Shown here: positions 49,601 through 62,400 of the stretch, one piece after another
Layout of the letters: the number at the start of each line of letters is the position of its first letter
Numbering within the stretch: position 1 is the stretch's first letter
Source: Cytophaga sp.
GTDB lineage: Bacteria > Bacteroidota > Bacteroidia > Cytophagales > Cytophagaceae
DNA: 64,000 nt
Reading direction: 5' to 3'
Assembly (NCBI RefSeq): GCF_051961495.1
Contig: NZ_JBQCDF010000135.1
Span: 1,372-65,371, forward strand
The notes under the pieces: model-generated
The model's input: only the letters and a program-made list of their open reading frames with translations
Databases searched by the model: none
Told to the model about the DNA's origin: nothing
Translations under genes and position numbers: made by a program

Positions 49601-51293
49601 CTTTTTGGGCTGTTCGGTAGAACCTTATGCTGAACTATGGTTAAAGGCCGGCTTTGATATTCTGTTGACACAAACATCAAACCCGGTTCAATGCCAGGAT
49701 GGTCCGAGAGGGGTAAACAATTGGTATGCGACCGGACAGGCATTCATCATGGGTGGAATCAATGTAGGTTGTAAATATGACTGTACGATTAAGTCCGGTG
49801 ATTTCACATTGGTTTCGGCTTCTCTTTCTGCATATGTATTTGCGCAATTACCAAAACCAAGTTATATGGTTGGTTCTGTTACAATCGAATTTGAATTATT
49901 GGATATCGTTGGCGGTAGTGCAACATTCAAAGTTAAGTTTGGTGACGAATGCACCAAACCTGAAAATGATAAAAACATTGTATTCATAGAATCGATAACC
50001 CCAACCAGCGGCTCATCCAATATTGCGGTTACAGATAATGTAGTGGTAAATTTTGTCAAACCGATTGAGAACTTCAAGTTCTCGTTGCCTGATGAAAATG
50101 ACGGATCCAAAATGGTACAGTACAGAGGCTTCGTTGGGCCGAATAATGTAACCCTGAAATCAAATGGAATACCCGTTCCATTCACATTTAAATGGAACAG
50201 TTCAAAAACAAACCTTACGATTGTTCCTTCCAAAACTTATGCTGAAAATGCTACGGTTGAAGTAATCGTAAAAGTGGACCTGCAATACTATGCGAACGGA
50301 CAGTGGACTCCATCAACTAAAGTGGAGGTAGATACTTCAATCTTTAAAACGAAGTTTGAACCGTATAAGATTGAAGTAGCCAATGTGGAATATGCCTATC
50401 CAATGGTGGGCATGGAGAACTATTACAAAAGCGAAAGTAATAATGGATATATAAAATTATTGTCTGTGCCGAACAAGCCGATGCGCCTTGCTCCGAATTT
50501 TTCATACAAGATTGTATTCCTTGAAAGTGGCAAGGAAGTCGCATCCGTAGCAAATGTCACGATGGATAAGACGCCCGGGAGTGATAACTTTACTTACATG
50601 ATTCCGAACGGTGTTTTCCAGAACAGCAAATCATACACGTTCCAGCTGAAAAAAATATGGAACACCGAACAAACCAGGGATACCGGAGTGGAAGGTGACG
50701 ATACGAAAACAATAGGTACTTATGCGCAGACTCCGGAAGATACTATTATTCTGGAGTATGACTTCACAACAAGTAAATTCAGTTCATTCGCACAAAAGAT
50801 TGCTTACTACAACCAGCCATTGATAGAAGCATCCGGATTAAATGTTGTGCATACACTTGCCCCGAATCAGAAAGATGTTGATGCAGGCAGCGCGGAAGGG
50901 CTTTCGACGCTGGAAACAAACGGTAAAAAGGTTTTAAACGTAACCTACTCGCGTGAATTGGTGCGGGGCATTGGTGCTGACTTATCACAAGGCTTTTTAA
51001 GCGGCCAGCAATTACCGGATAGTATTGACTACAGTTATTTCTCAAACAAACTTCGCGTGCAGTACGATGTGTTCAGTGAGCTTAAACGCCTTAATGATCA
51101 AAACAGAGCTGCGGGTATCGTTTGTACCGTGCAGCAAAGCCAGGCAAATTGCAGTGCCGGCGGCGGCTCTTCAACATTCCCTAAAGGATCAACTTATTAT
51201 TACAGGTTAGGATATTTCTTACCAGGGAAAGATATTAAAACGTCTGAAGTAGTTCTTAGCTTCACATTACCAAATGATGTTACGGTTCAATAA
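46656..51293 (+). CDS. Large exported beta-rich hypothetical protein (1545 aa) with a C-terminal Ig-like region
   Basis: Hydrophobic signal-like segment (ILKVAIILFVCFSSNISSA); long Gly/aromatic beta-strand stretches; Ala/Pro linker; ESITPTSGSSNIAVTDNVVVNF resembles an Ig-like (Big_5/SbsA) domain start. Confidence 0.8.
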   Translation: MNFTTGSMLLLRFFTFDNKAEYILKVAIILFVCFSSNISSAQINALAKTQRTLSSAQTVVSKAQDYVGIIDGAVQKVKDNNLYKALVDGKEFTFPIAIIPPSGDKNYAIVINKVFMDPDGMYAEVFLKVPVSSDKQLYFLADRVPYSRTGGFAGDLKLYLLKTDSFQVGKGYNVQFDGLEKAGEDKSCSVTFNCKGFKEATLAGAINFDQRTIVTDQDTKGKLSVLYYVNVDKFSNLIIQVDQIPTFEFTNLPGFKCSVPKFTLDHSDLKNAPSFTLPTWYKDSVTAIINKNSGGAAADLSTSNAVDGPQWQGIYIPSITIDIPKAFKEKSPNEVVVIDSRDLIIDGNGFTALTSAKGKNNTPFYDGTIKSWEYRIDSLRLNLIASSLSSAGFYGGITLPISKKETQVDFGLLLTKNIADSDIRYSGYVGVGTIDAQAFGVAKIRLDHTLINFNYYQKQFTPTVTITGNLRLTPKKKGESDGAKPTAGFGLDFANLVIGSKAPYISIDTANGGYCQMSSSGQALSNFPVKITAAKLITEPGGQRLGLRITLVVQFQKSGSGDSAPPAATASTGTAPSSPPPAAPAAQSSETGGDGFGGTATFTIWTKRNASTGKWEYDDFSLDKIVIKVDNDAFKLYGELTNFKNAKVYGTGFCGYISLTIMKGKLKVEVAAIFGRTGNEAVPDINTNINPAALTDATDSYRYWFVDAGVTLPVIPVGPFVGINGFTGGLYHHMAMQTPTSPAPDTDVECKTTSGLYYLPDDGVHLGLLAGIGLQSVPTDAVFNGKINLGMEFNNSGGLLTFSFFGEVTILTPPVQAPAVADMKGKMQPDKLSGLSTPANQKAIKDEKPSESTGSVRVKWFTQYDFRTETFIGDFDVFVDVASVVKGGGPDNRAAHIAVLFSPQGKYVYMGTPSDPASIEVIDLFECQAYFCAGNVLPKPPIMPLPDEFGPAPIDYNAMETGAGLSFGARVSIDGKFGGSADFLGCSVEPYAELWLKAGFDILLTQTSNPVQCQDGPRGVNNWYATGQAFIMGGINVGCKYDCTIKSGDFTLVSASLSAYVFAQLPKPSYMVGSVTIEFELLDIVGGSATFKVKFGDECTKPENDKNIVFIESITPTSGSSNIAVTDNVVVNFVKPIENFKFSLPDENDGSKMVQYRGFVGPNNVTLKSNGIPVPFTFKWNSSKTNLTIVPSKTYAENATVEVIVKVDLQYYANGQWTPSTKVEVDTSIFKTKFEPYKIEVANVEYAYPMVGMENYYKSESNNGYIKLLSVPNKPMRLAPNFSYKIVFLESGKEVASVANVTMDKTPGSDNFTYMIPNGVFQNSKSYTFQLKKIWNTEQTRDTGVEGDDTKTIGTYAQTPEDTIILEYDFTTSKFSSFAQKIAYYNQPLIEASGLNVVHTLAPNQKDVDAGSAEGLSTLETNGKKVLNVTYSRELVRGIGADLSQGFLSGQQLPDSIDYSYFSNKLRVQYDVFSELKRLNDQNRAAGIVCTVQQSQANCSAGGGSSTFPKGSTYYYRLGYFLPGKDIKTSEVVLSFTLPNDVTVQ

Positions 51294-51299
51294 ATAGAA

Positions 51300-53366
51300 A
51301 TGAAAAAATTAATAGGAGTACTTTTATTACTTGTCTTTGCTTCCGCTTCATTTGCGCAGGGTTTGGACAGTATTGGTTTGATCTCAAATGTTTCAGCTGA
51401 TAAAGTTCAATTAAAATGGCTGCCTTCAAATTATAAAACCTGGGTAGAAGGTATTAATAACGGATATATGATTGAGCGTACGGAGGTAAAGGCAGTAAAC
51501 GGTAAGTGGGTAATTGTACAGAAAGAAACGCTTACTGCAGAACCATTGAAACCATGGTCGTCTGAAAGAATAACGGAAGAAGCAAAAACCAATCGGGATG
51601 TGGAGAATGCAAAGATTGTGATTGCCACACGCATCATGGAAGAAAATGCAAAACCTGCAACATCTCTCTCTGCTACATCTGAGCTGCAGTCTCAAAAGGA
51701 TTACCTGCACGTAATATCCTTGCTGGGGAGTTTGCTTAAAAATAAATCTTCTGAAGCAATGGGTTTATACTATGAAGATAAAACAGCCATAACAGGTAAA
51801 ATTTATTTTTATGAAGTAACATTAAACAATGCAAAAAAAATAAAAGCTCGAACCGTAGTAAATACAGGTGTACCGGAAGTATTACCCAAGGTACTGGGTT
51901 TTGATTATAAGAATACAGACAAGTCTGTTGAATTGTACTGGATACAGCCGAAGTACTCCGGTTATTTTGCTTACAACATTTACCGTTCAACAAGTAAGGG
52001 GGGAACGTTTGAGAAAGTAAACAAAGACCCATACATAGGTGAGGTTGCTATTACAGCAGATGAAAAACGCATACGGTATATTGATTCATTTCCGGAAATG
52101 AATAAAACATACTACTACAAAGTACAAGCTATTAACGGGTTTGAAAAACTGAGTCCGTTTACAGAAGTGCTAACGGTGAAGTCATACGCCTTTCTTTCGG
52201 CAGCGCCTACGATTACCAGCTCGTTCTCTCCGGATAATTCTGCGATTGAACTGGAATGGATTGTGCCGCCGGCAGATGTGGAAAGTATTACTTCATTTTC
52301 CGTGTGGACCGCAAACGAACCGCTTGGACCGATGACTAAAGTGAACACGAAGCCGATAGACGGAAAGATATATAAATATGTTGACCAGACACCGGGCAAA
52401 GCAGTGTTCAATTACTATAGAGTATGTTCGTACGGCTACTTTAAAGATTCCATCTGTTCGTTGGTTAAAGAAGGATTCCTGGTCGATTCCATTCCACCGG
52501 CACCGCCAACAATTGTTACCGGTATTTGTGATACCAACGGAGTGGTAACGTTGCATTGGAAAAAATCCAAAGAAAAGGATATCTACGGTTACCGCGTGTA
52601 CCGCACATTCTACAAGCATCATGAGCCGATCCGGAGAACCGATACAACCATCTTTGATACAACGTTTGTAGAAACCGTTGACTTGAAAGCCGGCTGGAAA
52701 AAAATGTATTATGCAGTAGTTGCCGTAGATCAGGTATATAATGCATCTTATATCTCACCTTACTTTGAAGTACCGCTGCCGGATAAAATTCCACCGATCA
52801 ACGGAATCTTCACCAATTATGAAGCAACGTATTCAGGTATTTTGCTGGAGTGGAAACCAAGCCCTTCAAAAGATGTGAAGTATACCTATATCTATAAAAA
52901 ATCCGAATTTGATTTTCAGTGGGTGCCGGTTGCAAAGCTTACAGGCACAGATGCACTGCAGCGGACAAAATTGCGTGATACGCTTACACAATCCAACGTA
53001 TGGTATGAATATCGCCTGGTCGTGGAAGATTCTTCAGGCCTGCAGTCAAAAGATGAACAGCGCCTGCGTATACAGCAGCCGGAGAAAGATCCCTTTCCTG
53101 TGGTGACCAATCTGCGCGCGGTGATGAGCAGGGAAAATAAAATGGTTAAGCTTTCATGGGACTTTAATAAACCAGCGAAAGGATTTAAGATCATGCGTTC
53201 TCAAAACGGAGCGCAGGTTGAAACCTATGAATTTGTTGCAGGTACGAAGAGAGAATACTACGATACCTGGCTAACTACCAATACAGAATATTCCTATGCG
53301 ATTATTGCAGAACTGCCTGATGGCAGAATCTCTGTAATGAGTACAGTCATTAAAGTAAAATACTAA
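51300..53366 (+). CDS. Exported fibronectin type III repeat protein
   Basis: Signal peptide; repeated V.L.W...Y.IYR...Y.D...YYY.V motifs (VELYW..YNIYRS, IELEW, VTLHW..GYRVYR, ILLEW, VKLSW). Confidence 0.88.
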   Translation: MKKLIGVLLLLVFASASFAQGLDSIGLISNVSADKVQLKWLPSNYKTWVEGINNGYMIERTEVKAVNGKWVIVQKETLTAEPLKPWSSERITEEAKTNRDVENAKIVIATRIMEENAKPATSLSATSELQSQKDYLHVISLLGSLLKNKSSEAMGLYYEDKTAITGKIYFYEVTLNNAKKIKARTVVNTGVPEVLPKVLGFDYKNTDKSVELYWIQPKYSGYFAYNIYRSTSKGGTFEKVNKDPYIGEVAITADEKRIRYIDSFPEMNKTYYYKVQAINGFEKLSPFTEVLTVKSYAFLSAAPTITSSFSPDNSAIELEWIVPPADVESITSFSVWTANEPLGPMTKVNTKPIDGKIYKYVDQTPGKAVFNYYRVCSYGYFKDSICSLVKEGFLVDSIPPAPPTIVTGICDTNGVVTLHWKKSKEKDIYGYRVYRTFYKHHEPIRRTDTTIFDTTFVETVDLKAGWKKMYYAVVAVDQVYNASYISPYFEVPLPDKIPPINGIFTNYEATYSGILLEWKPSPSKDVKYTYIYKKSEFDFQWVPVAKLTGTDALQRTKLRDTLTQSNVWYEYRLVVEDSSGLQSKDEQRLRIQQPEKDPFPVVTNLRAVMSRENKMVKLSWDFNKPAKGFKIMRSQNGAQVETYEFVAGTKREYYDTWLTTNTEYSYAIIAELPDGRISVMSTVIKVKY

Positions 53367-53431
53367 CCGGCAATACCTAAGCGCAGTTTAGCTATGCGTT
53401 TAAGCGAATGAAAAATTTAACACACAGAAAA

Positions 53432-56400
53432 ATGAGACACTTCATTTCAACCGTTATTTTGTTTTTAGCATTGATTTTTTCAAATACACTTTTGGCTAAA
53501 GTGTATTATGTCAATGCAAATTATACCGGCTCAACACAAAACGGTAACAGCTGGACTACGCCATTCAAAACCATTGAAAAGGCCCTTACCGTAACGGTAG
53601 ATGGTGACCAGATCTGGGTAGCGAAGGGAACGTATACTACTCCTAACTACAAAAGTGCTTCCGGTTACTTCATTAATAATGGCATTACCATTTATGGCGG
53701 TTTTGCAGGAACAGAAACCAGTGTTTTTGCCAGAGATCTTGCTTTAAATAAGTCGATTATTCAGACATCAAATACTTCAAACATCTTTAATATAAAACAG
53801 AATAAAGATTTTATTATTGATGGGGTAGACCTGACAAGTTTTGGTACTGCTCTTTTTATCCAGTACGATACAATTGCAACTGCTTATAATATTCAGTCGG
53901 GAGACCGGTTTAAGGTAACACTTAATAATTGTAATATCTATAATGGCCAGGCCCCTGCATCTTTTTATCACCACGTAGACCTGAAAATTACTAATAGCCA
54001 GATTTACAATTGCCAATCCAACTTTTATATCTCGGAAGACAATTCATTGAACGATTTTTATGCACCTTCTACGGTTACATTTGAAAACACAATAGTTCAG
54101 GGAACAAACACGCTGATGTATTCTGTGAATGCGCAGTTGAATATGATCAATTGTAGATTTTCGAATTTTAATTCAACAATGTTCCCCAGCTCGAGCGGCA
54201 GGGATGTGATATTTAAAGGCTGCGAATTTAAAAATATTTCAAGCCAGATTCTTACAAACGATAACACTTCGGTAACGATTGACAACTGTACGTTTGAGAA
54301 TCTTAATAATGGCCCGATATTTTATAGTTCAAATACTAACATATTCAATATTTCAAACACAACTTTTAAAAATTCTACCTGCAGTCAGATTTTTATTTTA
54401 AAGACTTTATCATTAGATAATGTCACATTTTCAAACATCAATTTTAATTACCAGGGAATAATGGCGAACGGACCGTTGAAAATAAAAAACTCAACAATGG
54501 AAAATGTCCATACGCTAAATTATTACTTCATGGACGCGTATTCTGATGTTGAGCTGGACAATGTAACGATACAAAATTGTGTTGGCCCATTGTTGATGGA
54601 AAATAAAGATACCAGTGATGTACTGATTAAAAATGTAATCTTTCAAAACAATTCACAGGACTTTAATGAGCAAAAAGGAATGTTTTTTAACCTGGCAGGA
54701 AATGTAGTTATTGATCAATCGCAATTTTTAAACAATGAAATCAGAAGATCAAACCTGGGATACAGTATGGGTTTGTTTACTGTAAGCACATCTTTAGAAG
54801 TAACAAACAGTACTTTCAAAGATAATGTAAGCAATAATGTTGCGGGTGTATTTTATTCATCAGCGAATAATTTGCAAATCGATAATTGTGTATTTGAAAA
54901 TAATGTTTCAGAATATCAGTTCGGTTATTCAACGGTTGGTACGGGTGTTCTGTATTCAACAGGATATAATAACGAGGATGCAAAGATTAGCAACACAAAA
55001 TTCATTAATAATTCAGCCTACAATTTTGGTGTGATCAACTGGGTCGGAAGAGATCTTATTATTGAAAATTGTATTTTCCAAAAGAATAAATCAATCGCAA
55101 CGGCCCGGGGATATATGGGCGGCGGTTTTAATAGTGGTGTGATAGGAACGTTCGGTATTGCTTACCCATATGTGGGAAGCATTACGACAATAAAGAAATG
55201 TTCGTTCAGTGAAAATGAATCGATATTTGATGCTCCAGTCATTTATGCTAGTAACATGTCGGCGTTGTACGTTGATCAATCTTCTTTCAATAATAACAAA
55301 TGTCGGGATGGAAGCGGTGCAATAACTACTGTAAATGTAGTGTTTAAAGTCAGCAACTCACTTTTTGAAAATAACCAAACACAAAATGCAACATTTGGTG
55401 TAATAAATAACTCAGCAAACAACACACAGTATGGTCCGTATCCTGCAGAAATATACAACAGCACATTTGTAAAAAATACTACTACCGGCGGTCCGGGTGT
55501 ATTATCTGTGAGTGTACCTACAACCATTGCCAATTCGATCTTCTGGGGCAACGGAACAAATGCACCTATCATCGCGGGTAGTGTAACTCCGGTAATTTCC
55601 AATACATCTGTACAGGGAGGGTTTTCAGACGGTACAAAAATTTATGATGCAAACCCTAAGTTCATTGATTTCATCGGCGGCAACTATCGCTTGTCGTGCC
55701 AGTCACCATTGATCAATAAAGGAAATAATGCATTAGGTGTTTCTTTATTTGACCTGGATGGAACAGCCCGTATTTTTGCCGATACTATAGATTTAGGCGC
55801 TTACGAGACGCACATAGATCCGGCTCTTGCAAATGTGATTCCCGCACCAACGTTTATCGTCCCATCAACCGTTTGTAAAGACGAGGTAATTAACCTGGTA
55901 AATACTACAGCAAACCTTTCTAACTATACGTATCAATGGACATATGGCAACGACCAGAAGTCTACGTTGATCAATCCAAGCTATGCTTATGCGCAGGCAG
56001 GTACATATACGATTACATTAACTGCATCAAACTTTTGCGGTCAGTCAAATTCTTTATCCAAACAGATAATAGTAAAAACGGTTAACACACCAATTATTGA
56101 AACTGTTTCTGTTGTTTGTCCGGGAACAGAGCAAACCTATACAACGAATGCAACATGTCAGAATATTTTATGGACAGTTGCAGGAGGTACAATTCAAAGC
56201 GGACAGGGAACAACGTCTGTTCGTATTCTTTGGGGTGATGGCACAACGGGAAATGGAAAAATTACATTGCTGGCAACCGGCTGCGGCACGGGCGCGTGTG
56301 AAATTCCTGTAAGTGTTGAAGTGCCGATTGTTCCGGCAAACTTTACGTTGACAGGACCGGATAAAGTTTGTCAGGGTGGTTTCTCTCATTATGAAACAGT

Positions 56401-59400
56401 AGTTAAAGATAAATCACCGGCATCTCTTTATACTTGGTCTGTTAAAGGCGGATCAATCAGCTCGGCTATAAACAAAGGGTATAACCTTACAGATATTGAT
56501 ATTACCTGGAGTACTTCTCTTACTGAAGGAACAGTATATTTAACAACATATAATGAATTATTGAAATGCGGTAAAACAGATTCCTTTAAGGTAGCGCTTA
56601 GACCAACCTTTAAAATATCCGGAGCAACAGAAGTTTGTACAAATGCATCTACCGTATACCAGACAGTACCTTCTATCGGTACTGTACGATGGCAGGTAGC
56701 TGGTGCAGGAAATACGATAAACAGTACAACAGGTACTGCAACCTGGGGAAATGCAGACGGTGTTTACAAGCTTACGGCCGGTCCTGCGGACCCGACAACT
56801 GCGTGTAATGCACAGGATACATTTGTGGTACACGTAAACGCGAAACCGGTTGTAACGGCTATTGCCGGTGAAACGGAGCTGGCAGTAAATTCAATAGATG
56901 TATATACCGGCCTGGTAAATACAGATATCAATAATGTTGATTTTTATTGGTCGTCTCCGGGTGGCACGATCGCTTCTGCATACCTGAACACCGTTACCAT
57001 TCAGCGAAATAGTTTTTCACCGGATTATATTGCATTGAGTGTTGCAACAAAAAAAGGCGCTTGTACTTCAGCTGAGCTGCAGATACATGTAAAAAAATTA
57101 TTTGATTATACAATTACCGGTCCGGATACAGTTTGTATAACAACCAGCGCAACCTATACAGCAAATGTAAACCCGGGTCAAACGTCAGACTATTCCTGGA
57201 TACTGAATCAGCAGGGTACTCCTGTTAACGGAATAACTTTTAACCCATTGTTTAACTATACCGGATATCAGCAGATCGAACTGAAGGTTCACAGCAACGG
57301 TAAAGAATTTATTGTGCGTAAAAATGTATATGTAAAATCTTCTCCATCCAGTATCACGGTTGAAGGTCCGGTTGTTATTGATCCTGCGGGATTACAGACT
57401 GCTGTATATACAGTTAAAAACTTTGCAAATTCGAATTACATTGTAACGGTTACCGGAGGTGTTTTACAATCAAACATCAGTAACCAGCTTACAGTTAAAT
57501 GGGGTGGTACAGAACCCTTCTCTATTCAGGTACAGGATAAATTTGCATCTCCTGCTTGTAATGGTGTACCGATGACCCTGCAGGTTAAGAAAGCTGCGGA
57601 TATCGGTAAAAATATTATTGCCAGCGCGCCTGCCTGTTTAAACGCAAGGGTTGATTATTCTTTCCAGCCGGATGATCTGACTAAAAATTTATCATGGAGC
57701 ATTGATGGCGGCGGCAGTATTACAAGCAGCGCTCAGAATTCTGTTACGATAGAGTGGAATCAAACAGGCACACATACATTAACATTAACCTATGACCGTT
57801 TTGGTACACAAACGATCCAGGTTCCAATTGTTGTAAATGTATTGCCTTCACCGGTTATTAACCCGGGAACAATTTGCGGAAGCAACAGCCTGAATATATC
57901 TACGACACAGGCATACAATGCGTATGAATGGTATCTGAATGATGCGAAAACCGCATTCTCCGCACTACCAACACCGGCGGTTAATACAGAAGGTTTGTAT
58001 ACAGTAAAGGTAACTGATAATAATGGCTGTATAAACTCTTCCACCAGATACATCAAACAATTACCGCTGCCAAAGGCATCTATCTTTACATTAGACGAAG
58101 TTGTGGTTTGTACGCAGGCTACAGCAGCACTTACAAATATTAAGTTATCTACTTTCGAAGGGCAGGATTATGTTTATCAATGGTATGAAAATAATGTGCC
58201 GGTATCAGCTCCTCTTGCTACACCATTCAGTCTTCCGGTACAGAAACCATTAAATCAGGAAGCCATATATGCGTATAAAGTTAAGGTTTCTTTAGAAAGC
58301 TGTGTACAGTATGCTGATGTTAAGAATGTAATTGTAAAATCCTGCGCGGGCGGCGGCGGCGGTATTGGCGGTGGCTGCAGCGATCCCGGGGTTTCATTTA
58401 CAGTGGATCAGAATTCATTATGTCAGCCGTTTAAGTTTAATGCTGATCCGTCTATTGCCGGTTTATCAGGACTTGGCTGGGATTTCGGAGATGGATCAAC
58501 AGCAACAGGTCCTGCACCGACATATAAATACCAGGATGCTGGTATTTATAATGTGCAATTGACAAGAGGCTGCAGGTATGATAGACAACCTGTAAAAGTA
58601 CTGGCTCGTGCGATCTTTAAGCTTGACCAACCGGGGTGTGTTGGAGATACATTGGTATTTAATGATCTGTCAGTTAACATTCCTTCCAATAAAATCATCA
58701 GCTGGAAATGGAACTTTGGTGACGGTTCGCCGGAAGAAACCTATTCAGGCAGCGGAGACCGCAACGGGAAACATAAATACACGACCGCTAACTCATACAC
58801 CGTAACATTAACGGTGTATTCGCAAAGCGATAATGCTGCACTACCAGTTTGTGCCTTTACGACACAAAATACATATGTAATTACACCACCTCCAACAGCA
58901 GACTACATTATTACAGCTCCTGCATGTGTTGGCAATACATATAAATTTGTTGAGAAAGGTGCTTATGGCAAATATGGAAAGGCCCCGGTTAAATGGACAT
59001 TCAGCAACGGACAAACATCAGTACGTGACACTACCTTGCAACAGTTTAATCCTGGTAACCAAAACGTATTGCTTAAAGTTACGGATGGCCTGGGCTGTTC
59101 AAGCACAAAATCATCAACGATAACAGTTACTGCTCCTGCAGTACTTGGAAAAATTACGGTTACCTCAAAAGATACGCTTCTATGTAACGGCAGAAAGGTA
59201 TCGTTGAGTTCCCCTGTAACAGCGAAACTGGCATACCAATGGTATAAAGACGGAGCAGCGATTGCATCAGCTACAAATCAAACCTATGATGTTTCAACAC
59301 CAGGTAACTATAGCGTTGCCTATTGGGTTACAGCAACCTGTAATGCAACGACAGCTGCAGTTAAAGTTAATAGTTACACAGTGCCTAATTTAATTTCCGG

Positions 59401-62400
59401 AAATAAATTGAATTGTTCCGGCGGTACGTTGATGTTAAGCAGCAACCTGAGCCCATCTGAATATTCATTCATATGGAAACAGAATGGCACGAAGCTAAAC
59501 AATAACGGTTCAGACCTGGTATTGAATAATATCACAACAGCTGCTGGCGGCAATTATCAATTGACAGTTACCCAGAATACGACCGGTTGCTTTGCTACCT
59601 TGCCGGATTATACGGTAAGCGTTAGTAACCCTCCTGCCAAACCGGTTGTAAATGCTGCAGCAGTAAACATCTGTTACAATACAGCTGCTGTTTTAAATAC
59701 ACCTGTTGTTAAATCCGGGAAAACATTTACCTGGTATGAAAACGGCAGTAAGCTGGCTTTTGCGGATACAGTGATTACTACAGCACTTTTGAAAAATGAT
59801 GCGAGTTATTCTGTTACTGTAAAAGAAACGGCTACAGGCTGCTCCACGCCTTCAGATAACATAGCAATAAAAGTTGCTCCTGCTATAAGCGTTGTAATAT
59901 CAGGAGATACATCTCTTTGTGAGCAGGTATCGTCAGAACTAAAATCAAATCTCGACACCAAAGACTTTACATTCAAATGGTACAAGAATAACCAGCCATA
60001 TGGCGGTGATGTAGCCAAGCTTACATTCTCAAACATTGCGAAAGCAGATTCAGGTCAATATCAATTGCAGGTAATAAGCAAAGGAACTACAAACCTGACA
60101 GGATGTACGGCTGTTTCGAATATTAAAACAATTAAAGTTAAACCAACAGCTGCAACACCTGTTATTACAGGTGTAAGCGAATTCTGTAGTGGTAATTCAA
60201 TTGTTCTTTCTACAAACCTTACGTCTGATTTTGTTTGGAATACTGGTGCTGTTACACCTGTAATAACGGTTACTTCCGGTGGTACATACTCCGTGACATC
60301 AACGAATGTGGCCTCAAAATGTATTGTTACAGCAACTAAAACGGTTACTCAGAATCCGGTTCCGGATCTGAGCTTTGTACCTACAGGTGATTACTCAAGA
60401 TGTGGTACCAATAAAATAGCCTTTGATGGTTTGAATAATTATCCGTTACAGAGCTGGTACGTGAATGGAGTATTTTTCAGCGATAAAAAAGAAATTTATC
60501 CAACGAAATCAGGAAAATACACGCTGAAGGTTACAACAAACAAAGGATGTATAAGCATATCCGATACGATGAATATTGAGTCGCTTGAATGTCCGTGTTA
60601 TGTAACCAATGTAAATGACAGCGGCGACGGTTCATTGAGAGAAGCGATAAACTGTTCAAATAACAAACCTGGAAAAGATGTAATAAAATTCTCTATCGTT
60701 GGCACAGGTCCATTCACGATTAAACCGATTACACAGTTGCCAACATTAACAGACTCAGTTGTAATTGACGGCTTCACGCAATCGGGTGTCAACGTGTTTG
60801 ATGTGATTATTGATGGCACAAACATCTCTACGTTAAACGGTCTTGTAGTTGGAAGTGATCTGGCTAACGTAAAAATTTCAGGACTTAAGTTTTCAAACTT
60901 TACGAAAGCAATTGTTTTATCAACGAATACGCAGAACATACTTGTTGAACGTTCACAATTTACAAATAACTCAAATACGGCAGTTGAGCTTAATTATGGT
61001 TCAACTAAAAATATTGTCCGCAATAACTTCATTGATAAAGGTGCTGCAGGTATACATTTCGTAACAGGGTCCAAATACAATATCATACAACAGAACACGA
61101 TCACGAATGCTAAAAATGGTATTGCGCTGGATGGTGCAAGTTATAATAAACTGCAATCGAATTTAATTTTCACTTCATCCGGTGATGGTATTCTTATTAA
61201 CTCACAATCGACATTCAACTCGATTGTAGCCAATACGGTTGGTTCTTCCAATAATAACGGGATTCTGATTGCTCAGAACTGTAATTCAAACTCCCTGGAT
61301 TCAAATTATATTGGTATTAATGTTTCCGGAAACGTTGTATCAAATCTTGAGAGCGGAATTTATATTTCTCCAAACACCAGATATACATCAATAACAGCCA
61401 ATACAATTGGCGCAAATACACTACACGGAATTTTTGTAGAAGGTAAAAATAACCTGATCAGGAATAATTATATAGGTACAAATGTCGCAGGTAATGCAAA
61501 ACCAAATGGTGTGCATGGTATTTATTCAACAGCTGATAGTTTAAAAATAACCGGAAATACCATTAAGGCAAACAGTCAATACGGTGTTTATATTAAGGCC
61601 TCATCTGCAACGATTCTTGCAAACACTGTTACGAACAATATCAGTGGTGGTATATATATTGATGGAAGTAAAGACCGGATCTCTAAAAACATCATCACAA
61701 ATACCAATGCTACAGTTAAAGCCATTAATCTACATTTAACGGCAAGTGCAGGTAATGCTGGCAAACTTCCGGCTGTATTTAATAATTACAGAAGAGCAAA
61801 ATCCGGCGGTATTGTGTTAAGCGGTACAACAGCTGCAGGAGACACCGTTGAAATATTCGCCAACAATAACATTGCACAGCAGGCTTTATTGTTTGCCGGT
61901 GCAACAACGGCAGATGCAACAGGCTATTGGGAAATTGAAATTCCACAGGGAGCAGCATTCGATCCGAATCAGAAAAACTTCTATGTAAACACCGCAAGTA
62001 CTGGTGCGAATAATACTTCAGAATTGTCTGTACCATTCTTAACAGGTTGTTTCAATTGTGTTTGTTATGTAAAAAATACGAATGATTCCGGTATCGAGTC
62101 GTTACGTGCAACGATTGATGAATCTAATTTAGGAAACTGTCTGACGATCAAGTTTTCGATGACATCTCCTGATACCATCAAACTTCTTAGTGCCGTGAGT
62201 CCGTTGCAGGTTCCTGTATCGATTGTAGGTCCTGTTTCTGCAGGTCCGGATCCAATGATCTTTGTAAAAGGAACCGGAACATTCAATGGTCTTGTTGCTT
62301 CTAAAGACGGTGTTTCAATCAGCGATTTAGGATTTACAAATTTCAAACAGGCAATTGCACTGAATTCAAATTCGAATGCTATAACTGACGTTACAGTTAT

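Noticed and set aside
53375-53407. TAAGCG-containing segment before the giant ORF as another TAAGGCT array
   Set aside because: Periodicity is weak and the similarity is only suggestive.
58349-58375. (GGC)n run encoding a poly-Gly linker in the giant protein as a phase-variation tract
   Set aside because: A trinucleotide repeat keeps the frame; best read as a flexible linker.
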